Source: Nannocystis bainbridge
GTDB lineage: Bacteria; Myxococcota_A; Polyangia; Nannocystales; Nannocystaceae
NCBI RefSeq assembly: GCF_028368995.1
Contig: NZ_JAQNDL010000005.1
Span: forward strand, 32,001-96,000
Length of the DNA stretch: 64,000 nt
Reading direction: 5' to 3'
Position 1 is the stretch's first letter. The number at the start of each line of letters is the position of its first letter. A program made the position numbers and the translations under genes. Shown piece after piece: positions 57,477 to 64,000 of the stretch. The notes beneath the pieces are model-generated. The model was given only the letters and a program-made list of their open reading frames with translations. It had not been told where the DNA came from and did not search any database.

Positions 57477-58184
57477 ATGTCCACCTCGCGGCTGCTGGTG
57501 CTCGTGCTCGTGCTCGCGGGGCTGCACCTCGGCGTCGACCCGCTCGCCGCCGAGATCGTCGGCACCTTCGGGGCCGTGCTCGCGGCCACTCGCTTCAGCC
57601 GCGGCGATCCTCCCCGTCGCCCGTGGCTGCTCCGCGCCGTGGCTCTCGGCCTCGTCGCCCTCGCCCACGCCCTCCAGCGCCTCGACCTCGTCGCCGGCCA
57701 CCGCCTCGACTACGTCCTCCTGATCGTCGCCAACATCCTCGGCGCCTGCGCCCTGCTCGGCTTCTTGCGCGTCCTTCGTCGCAGCGGCCTCACCATCCCG
57801 CTGCGCCGCCGCGAGCGCCTCGTCGCCGTCGTGCTCGCCGGGGCCATCCTCGTCGTGGTCGGCAGGATCCTCGCCGCCCTCGCCCTCGCCTCTCTGCGCG
57901 ACCTCGCCGTCGCCGTCAGCACGATCTGCGACGCCCTCGTCTTCGCCGCCGCCGCCTTGCTGCTCCGTCATGTCTCGCCGATGCGCGGCGGCCTGGTCGC
58001 GCAGCCCTACCTCCTGCTCGCCGTCGACGGCCTGTGCTTCCTCGCGCTCGACCTCGCTCACGCCCTGCAGCCCACGCCTGAGGCTGCCCTCGCCCCTCTG
58101 AGCGCCCTCGGCCACGCGGCGGGCGGCGCCGCCGGGTTCGCCCAGGCCGCCCTCGTGCGACGCGGCGCCCGGCCCTCGCGTTGA
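57477..58184 (+). CDS. Hypothetical integral membrane protein
   Basis: About 7-8 hydrophobic segments, GC3-rich codons. Confidence 0.7.
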   Translation: MSTSRLLVLVLVLAGLHLGVDPLAAEIVGTFGAVLAATRFSRGDPPRRPWLLRAVALGLVALAHALQRLDLVAGHRLDYVLLIVANILGACALLGFLRVLRRSGLTIPLRRRERLVAVVLAGAILVVVGRILAALALASLRDLAVAVSTICDALVFAAAALLLRHVSPMRGGLVAQPYLLLAVDGLCFLALDLAHALQPTPEAALAPLSALGHAAGGAAGFAQAALVRRGARPSR

Positions 58185-58216
58185 CAGCGACCGCCAGGCC
58201 GCGACACGCTCTCTCC

Positions 58217-58819
58217 ATGGCCGACGAGTCCCACGCGCTCGTGCCCACCGAGGGCTCGCGCCTGCCCGATCCCTACGAGCAGCGCTACATGGCCGGCGAG
58301 GGCACCGTGCTGTACCGCCACAAGTACAGCGCCCCGTGGCAGCTGCACCTGATCTTCGTCCTCACCATCACCGCGGTGTTCGGCGCCGCGGTGGCCGCCG
58401 GCGGCCTCGTGGGTGGCGCGATCGGCATGGCCGTCGGCGCCCCGCTGTTCGGCCTGATGTGGATCCTCTTCTCGGTCCTGCGCGTCACCGTCTCCGAGGG
58501 CCACGTCAACGTCCAGTACGGCCTGTTCGGGCCCAAGATCCCCATCTCCGGCATCGAGCAGGCCGAGCTCGTGCAGTACAACTGGCGCCGCTTCGGCGGC
58601 TGGGGCATCAAGCGCTCGCTGGCCGGCGAGTGGATCTACAACATGCCCGGCGACGGCGGCCGCGCGGTCCGCATCGTCTGGCGCGACGCTCGTGGCAAGC
58701 GCCACGTCACCCACGTCGGCAGCCCGCGCGCCGACGAATTGCTGCAACAGATCGGCCGCGCCCGCGGCGCCCTGCCCGCCGGCGCGAGCCCGGCCGCGCT
58801 CGAGCCCGGCGACCCCTGA
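58217..58819 (+). CDS. Two-TM protein with bacterial PH-like domain
   Basis: Two TM helices then LRVTVS...V.VQYG....IP...I, FGGWGIK, V.VGS.RADEL. Confidence 0.75.
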   Translation: MADESHALVPTEGSRLPDPYEQRYMAGEGTVLYRHKYSAPWQLHLIFVLTITAVFGAAVAAGGLVGGAIGMAVGAPLFGLMWILFSVLRVTVSEGHVNVQYGLFGPKIPISGIEQAELVQYNWRRFGGWGIKRSLAGEWIYNMPGDGGRAVRIVWRDARGKRHVTHVGSPRADELLQQIGRARGALPAGASPAALEPGDP

Positions 58820-58865
58820 CATATCCCATCGGGCATGTCCTCCGAGACATGTTCGATGTGCCATG
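58817..58865. repeat. Array of three 14-bp palindromic units
   Basis: Junctions 58820, 58834, 58848, 58862, abutting the TGA at 58817-58819. Confidence 0.8.
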
Positions 58866-58906
58866 CGACGAGCCCGTCCTCGACGGCTCGCCCGCAGCCC
58901 CTCATC

Positions 58907-61387
58907 TCACCCCGCCCGCCCGCGGACGAACGCCTCCGGCCACCCGCCGTGGCCCGCGATCGCCCGGTCCACCTCCGCCATCACCCCCAGCGTCGCCCGC
59001 AGCGCCGCCGCGAAGCTACGGTAGTGCCGCACATCCTCGGCGCTCAGCGTCGAGCCGCGGCGCGCCTTCAACCACTTCTCGCACGGCGCATAGCCCCCGA
59101 CCTCGAATCGCCACACCTCCGCCGGCACGCCCGCGAACCCGCGGGTCCTTCTGCGGTCGACGAAGACATGTCCCTCGGACCACGTCACCTGCTCCACCGG
59201 CCCCGGCGGACCTGTCCATTCGGCCAGCCCCTCCTCGACCTCCGCCGTCTCGAGCAGCTGCAGCCCCGCCAGCCGCGCCCCCAGGCCCACCAGCGCCTCC
59301 ACCAGCGCCGGCGCGGCCGCGATCGGCACCCGCGCGAAGTCCTCGCGGATCGCCGGCCCGTAGCGCGCGCGATACGTCGGGCTGTGCACGACCGCGAGCA
59401 CGTAGTGCAGCACCGCCTCCGGCCCCAGCCCTCTCCCTGCCGCTCCGGCCAGCGCCCCCGCGAACTCAGGCCGCAAGTTGCTCGAGCGCGCCCCCTCGTC
59501 GCCGCGCAGGTACAGCGGCGCCAGGAAGTCCTGCCCGCGGTTGCCCAGATAAAACGTCCCGTGGCAGATCGGGTCGCGCGTCACCCCGAAGTGAGACACC
59601 CGCGGGCCGACGATCTGGCGGTTGTACACCAGCGCCAGGTTGTCGCCCGCGAGCATGTGCCGCATCACCGCCGCGCGCGGCCGGCCGAGGAACCCACCTG
59701 ACTTTTCGGACATGTACGTCCAGCGCCAGTCGAACGGCCGGTAGAGGATCCGCCGCACCCGCTCCGGCGCCGGTCCGAGCGCCCGCAGCTCGGCCTGCGC
59801 CGCCGCCAGCGACCACGCCCCGTCGGCCGCGATCGCCAGGGCCTGCCGCGCCTCCGCCTCGCTCGCGCGCGCCAGCAGCTCGACCCGCGCCTGCAGCTCC
59901 GCCGCCGTCCAGCCGATGCACACCGGATCGTTCTTGCTCTGGATCCCCGAGCTGTGGACCGCGAAGATCTCGGGCAGCGACCACCAGCCCGCATACTCGC
60001 CGAGATCATCACATGTCTCATCGGACATGTCCCAGCGGTGATACGGCGCTCGCGCCTGGTGCGGCCGCAGCAGCGCCGCCAGCCCCGCCGGCTCGGCCAG
60101 CCGCGCCAGCTTGTCGGCCCGCCGGCCCCGCAGCGAGCAGCCGTCGTGCCCCGCCCCGCCGCCGCGACACAGCCACGCGATCGCCACTCCCTGCGTGATC
60201 GCAAACACGTTCTCGTCGACCACGTCGCCGCGCACGTCGCCGTGGAGGTCGACCACGCGCCGCCACGGGAACGTCGCCTGCAGGCTCGCTCGCATCCCGC
60301 GCTTGGCGATCCCCACCAGCAAATCGCGGTTGATTACCAGCCCCACCACCGCGCGCGGCACCTGCTCGGCCAACCACTCGGCCAGGCGCAGGAACTTCCA
60401 CTCGTCGCGCAGCAGATCGCTCTTGGTCTCGCCGAGCCCCGACCTCCAGCGCTGCAGCTCCGCCACCAGCCACGGCGGCGCCGACGACGACGCCGCGTAG
60501 GGCGGGTTGCCGATCACCACCGTGAACCGCCGCGTCGGCGGCTCGGCCAACGCGTCGCCCCGGATCACGCCGAACGCCTCCTGCCCGCTCGACGCGTAAC
60601 CACTGCGGATCAGCGCGTCCGCCAGCCGCAGCCGCGCGACCACCAGCGGCGCCAGCATCGGCTCGAACGCGTGAAGGCGCGGCAGCAGGTGCGCGGGCAC
60701 GTAGGCCCGCCAGCGCTGCAGCACGGCGGGGTCGTCCCACCCGCGCGCGCCGAGCTGGCGACACCACCGGTCTTTCATCGTCCGCTCGATCGAGCGCACG
60801 CACGCCAGCACGAAGGCTCCGGTGCCGCACGCAAAATCGAGGATCGACACGAACGGCTGCGCCCCTGCCTCGCCCGTCACCTGCGCCCACGTGTCGGTGG
60901 CCGCCAGACCGTCGGCGAGCCCCAGCCGGGTGCGCAGCGCCTCGTCGACGCCGCTCACGATCGCCGTCACCAGCGCGCGCGGCGTGTAGAACACTCCGCC
61001 TCGCCGCCGCGCGCGCGGATCGAGGGCCGCCAGCAAGGGCTCGAAGAACGCCTCCGCCGCCGCCTCACCGCCGACCGGCGCGAGCGCGTCGAGTCGCCCC
61101 GCGAGTCGCGTCAACTCGTCCGCCAGCGGCCCCGTCAATCCCGCCAGCTCGCGCTGCAACCCGGCCGCCCGCGCCAGCTCGCGCGCCAGCGTCAGGGTCG
61201 CCTCACCACCTGTCTCTTCGGACAGCACACGCGCAGTGAACAGCGCCGCCACCAGCGCCGCCGCCTGGGCCTCGACCTCGTGCTCCCCCGTCAGTCGGGC
61301 CAGCCGCGGCTGCAGCGCGCGAACCTCCGCCGCCAACATCGGCGCCAGCGCCCCGGCCCTCCCGCTGGCGCCCGCACGCCGTCCCAC
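58907..61387 (-). CDS. N6-adenine DNA methyltransferase with type ISP (LlaBIII-like) C-terminal TRD
   Basis: GVFYTP, ILDFACGTGAF, VVIGNPPY, DLHG....DENVF.I.QGVAI, YRPFD.RW, YA..HSPTYR.RY, VW.F.VGGY...KWLK.R. Confidence 0.88.
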   Translation of the reverse strand: MGRRAGASGRAGALAPMLAAEVRALQPRLARLTGEHEVEAQAAALVAALFTARVLSEETGGEATLTLARELARAAGLQRELAGLTGPLADELTRLAGRLDALAPVGGEAAAEAFFEPLLAALDPRARRRGGVFYTPRALVTAIVSGVDEALRTRLGLADGLAATDTWAQVTGEAGAQPFVSILDFACGTGAFVLACVRSIERTMKDRWCRQLGARGWDDPAVLQRWRAYVPAHLLPRLHAFEPMLAPLVVARLRLADALIRSGYASSGQEAFGVIRGDALAEPPTRRFTVVIGNPPYAASSSAPPWLVAELQRWRSGLGETKSDLLRDEWKFLRLAEWLAEQVPRAVVGLVINRDLLVGIAKRGMRASLQATFPWRRVVDLHGDVRGDVVDENVFAITQGVAIAWLCRGGGAGHDGCSLRGRRADKLARLAEPAGLAALLRPHQARAPYHRWDMSDETCDDLGEYAGWWSLPEIFAVHSSGIQSKNDPVCIGWTAAELQARVELLARASEAEARQALAIAADGAWSLAAAQAELRALGPAPERVRRILYRPFDWRWTYMSEKSGGFLGRPRAAVMRHMLAGDNLALVYNRQIVGPRVSHFGVTRDPICHGTFYLGNRGQDFLAPLYLRGDEGARSSNLRPEFAGALAGAAGRGLGPEAVLHYVLAVVHSPTYRARYGPAIREDFARVPIAAAPALVEALVGLGARLAGLQLLETAEVEEGLAEWTGPPGPVEQVTWSEGHVFVDRRRTRGFAGVPAEVWRFEVGGYAPCEKWLKARRGSTLSAEDVRHYRSFAAALRATLGVMAEVDRAIAGHGGWPEAFVRGRAG

Positions 61388-61627
61388 CCAGGCAGCCTAA
61401 CCGAAGCCGCAGCCACCGACAACGCTCACCCCGCCCGCCGAGTGGACCTCGCGGACAGGTTCAAAAGGACATATCCGTCGCCGCCGGCCCGCCGCCGAAA
61501 CGCCCCTCGAAGGACATGTTCCAAAGGACATGTCCTTCGAGGCCACGGCGCTCAAGCCACACGCCGCACAGCTCCGCCCACGAGCACATGCTCTTAAAAA
61601 CCATCTCCGCCGCCACGGCCTCGCCGC

Positions 61628-62455
61628 TCACGCCGGATGGACGCGCCGGATCTCGTGGCCGTCGCGCAGGTCCGCCACCGAGTGGTACCTCGAGGACAGG
61701 TTTAACAGGACATACCGCTTGTGCGACCGCGGCGCCCCGAAGATCACCGGACAGGCCTGCCGCAGCCCGCCCGCGAAGAAACCCTCCTCGTCGCGGTCGT
61801 GGCCGTGGATCACCAGCGACACCGGCACCGCGCTGGCCGACACTCGCGCCAGCAGCCGCGCCGTCACCTCCTCGCGCTGCCCGTAGCTGCAGAGGAACGT
61901 CGCCAGCAGGTGGCGGCGATATGGATCGTTGTCGCGCGGCGACAGCCGCACCCCGTCGAGATCGTCGAACTGTTGCAGCCGGTCGTCGGGCGAGCCGTGC
62001 GACAGCAGCACCCCGCACGGCGCCGCGATCGCCAGCAGGGCCGGCTCGAACAGCGCCCGCAGGTCGGCCAGCTGGGCCGGTGAGCAGCGACCCTCGAGCG
62101 CCGCCACCTCGTCGGCGTGGAACTTCGTCGTCCGCGGTCCGCCGACGTGCCCGTGGTCGTGGTTGCCGAGCACGTAGTGGACCCGGCCCGGATAAGCGCG
62201 CTGCAGCTCGAGGATGCCCGCCACGATCTCGGCGGACATGTCCGAATAGTCATAAAGCTCGGGTCGGCGCCCGCGCGCCTCGTCGCTGGGCCCGTGGACC
62301 GTGTCGCCGAGGATCGCCCAGTGCGTCGCCGGATCGACCGTGATGCCCGAGATGAAGTGCTCGCGCAGCGCCAAGAAGTCGTCCCAGCACCCGTGGAGAT
62401 CGGTGCTGATGATCAACGCGCCGCGCGACGGCAGAATCACGGTCCTACGCACCAT
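61628..62455 (-). CDS. Metallophosphoesterase (calcineurin-like)
   Basis: TDLHG, LGD.VHG, LGNHD, SHG, IHGHD all intact. Confidence 0.88.
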   Translation of the reverse strand: MVRRTVILPSRGALIISTDLHGCWDDFLALREHFISGITVDPATHWAILGDTVHGPSDEARGRRPELYDYSDMSAEIVAGILELQRAYPGRVHYVLGNHDHGHVGGPRTTKFHADEVAALEGRCSPAQLADLRALFEPALLAIAAPCGVLLSHGSPDDRLQQFDDLDGVRLSPRDNDPYRRHLLATFLCSYGQREEVTARLLARVSASAVPVSLVIHGHDRDEEGFFAGGLRQACPVIFGAPRSHKRYVLLNLSSRYHSVADLRDGHEIRRVHPA

Positions 62456-63048
62456 CTTCGCCGCGCCGATGATACACGAGAACCTCTGCGCTGCGACCGC
62501 GCGGGTCCGCGCCCGGACCGCGTGCGACGAGGCGCGAGCACGTGGTCGTTCGCGAGGCCTGGACACCACGAGCGCACGCGCACTGTCGAAGTAAAGATCG
62601 CATCGCCAAATTCTCGTTCGTCTGGCCACCGCCCGCGGATCTGCGAATCGCTATGCGCTTCAGATCACCGGCGCGCCACGAGTCGATGTCCCTTCGCGCT
62701 TGCGACAGCGAGATCGGAACATACGCCAACGTGGCTCGAGCAAGCCCTCGCACATCAACGCGGTTGCGTCCTCGAATTGAAGTCGCCGCGCGTGGCAGCG
62801 ATTCAAAGCACTACCCTCGTTCTCGTCATCATGCGCCGCGAAGACCGCGTGCGCGCGGCCACTTCGCTCCCGGTGTCCCCGTACCGGGTGACCTCTCACC
62901 GCGACCCCGGGAGCCGTCATGCGCGCCCGCTCCTCCCTCGCGGCGCCACGCCCACGCTGACTGCGAGCGTGCTCGATGTGCGCCCGAGAGCGCTGCGTCC
63001 CCACAGTCCGCTTGTCCGTGCCGGCCGCCCCGCGCTATCCTCGCGGCC

Positions 63049-63588
63049 ATGCGAAACGCCGCGCGAGTGGGCCTGTGCGTCGTGCTGTTCGGCCTCGTGA
63101 GCGCCGTCGCGGCCTGCTTCAAGGCCGACTTTTTGCTCGGCGCCGTGTGCAACCGCGACAACGCCTGCGGCAGGGACCAGGGCCTGTGCTGCTCCGGGTT
63201 CCGCTGTCGGCCTGCCCCCGAGCACTGCGAGCGCGGCGAGAACGAGGACACCAGCTACGCGCTCGCCTACTCGCCCTGCGTCTCCGACGAAGACTGTCAC
63301 GCCTTCGGCATGCCGCGCTGCGTCCACCGCGACGGCGCCGACCAGGGCTTCTGCGCCGACCTCTGCGAGGGCATCGCCAGCAACTGCGAGAAGCACCCGC
63401 AGTCGGACAGCCTCGTCTGCCTCGACGTCGAGGGCCAGCCGCTGTGCGCCCTCCGCTGCTGCAGCGCCGGCTGCGTCGCCGACACCGACGGCGCCACCTG
63501 CCCCGGTCAGGGCGTGTGTCCCGCGCCGTGCCCCGACGACATGGCCTGCCTCGACGACGTATGCGTGCCGGTCAAGGGATCGCCGTGA
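63049..63588 (+). CDS. Cys-rich lipoprotein
   Basis: ATG 63049, signal peptide ending VAAC, more than 20 Cys in repeated small modules. Confidence 0.8.
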   Translation: MRNAARVGLCVVLFGLVSAVAACFKADFLLGAVCNRDNACGRDQGLCCSGFRCRPAPEHCERGENEDTSYALAYSPCVSDEDCHAFGMPRCVHRDGADQGFCADLCEGIASNCEKHPQSDSLVCLDVEGQPLCALRCCSAGCVADTDGATCPGQGVCPAPCPDDMACLDDVCVPVKGSP

Positions 63589-63711
63589 GCGCGCGGCGAT
63601 CGCCGATCGGTCTGCCGGCCAAGACCTGCCCGCCCGCGGTCCGCCGACCGAGCGCTGCCCTCGCCGCCGCGCTCGCGCTCCACCTGTCCTTCGAGACACA
63701 TCTGGCCCACG

Positions 63712-63885
63712 CCGCCGACCTGTCCCTCAGGACATCCGCCTCCACCCCGGACTTGTCCGCCGCGCCATCTCCCGCCCGCGCCGCCGACCTGTCCCTCAGG
63801 ACATCCACATCCACCCACGACCTGTCCGCTGCGCCATCTCCCGCCCGCGCCGCCGACCTGTCCTTCAGGACATCCAACTCCACCA
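63712..63885. repeat. 69-bp tandem repeat (about 2.5 copies), each carrying the 14-bp palindrome
   Basis: CCGCCGACCTGTCCYTCAGGACATCC at 63712, 63781, 63850. Confidence 0.85.
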
Positions 63886-64000
63886 CGAGCCTGTCCTTCG
63901 CGACGATTCCCGCCCCGCGACACCTCGCCCGGGCCACCCTCCCGGCCCCCGCGTCTTCCCTGCACCTGTCCCTCGAGACAGCCCCGCCCTCGCCCCGCGA

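Noticed and set aside
62456-63048. Possible nuclease relic (VLELKSP) in lower-GC intergenic DNA
   Set aside because: A single short motif with no supporting frame or codon bias.

Overview
GC-rich bacterial chromosome segment, very likely a myxobacterium (Nannocystis-like, inferred from gene content: FHA-sigma54 activator and many Thr/Cys-rich lipoproteins; not confirmed by search). It carries one complete minus-strand rRNA operon (16S, tRNA-Ile, tRNA-Ala, 23S, 5S) and about 40 CDSs: alpha-2-macroglobulin, KGG-repeat stress protein, porin, feruloyl-CoA synthase, ppa, tandem KtrB/TrkH genes plus KtrA, a stand-alone Fis-like HTH protein, macrolide phosphotransferase, two cyclophilins, Lon, a hybrid kinase next to an apparent pseudo-kinase, TrmH methylase, fatty-acid hydroxylase, M43 protease, a vWA lipoprotein and an orphan adenine methyltransferase. 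The most striking unexplained signal is a 14-bp interrupted palindrome, TGTCC-N4-GGACA. By hand I find it at roughly 45 loci, singly or tiled head-to-tail in gap-free arrays of up to 6-7 units with an exact 14-bp period. The longest arrays start right after stop codons, and many units are written into coding sequence using rare codons. Secondary signals are frequent leaderless-type promoters (TANNNT 6-9 nt before the start codon), several apparent pseudo-enzymes, and degenerate echoes of gene 3' ends.
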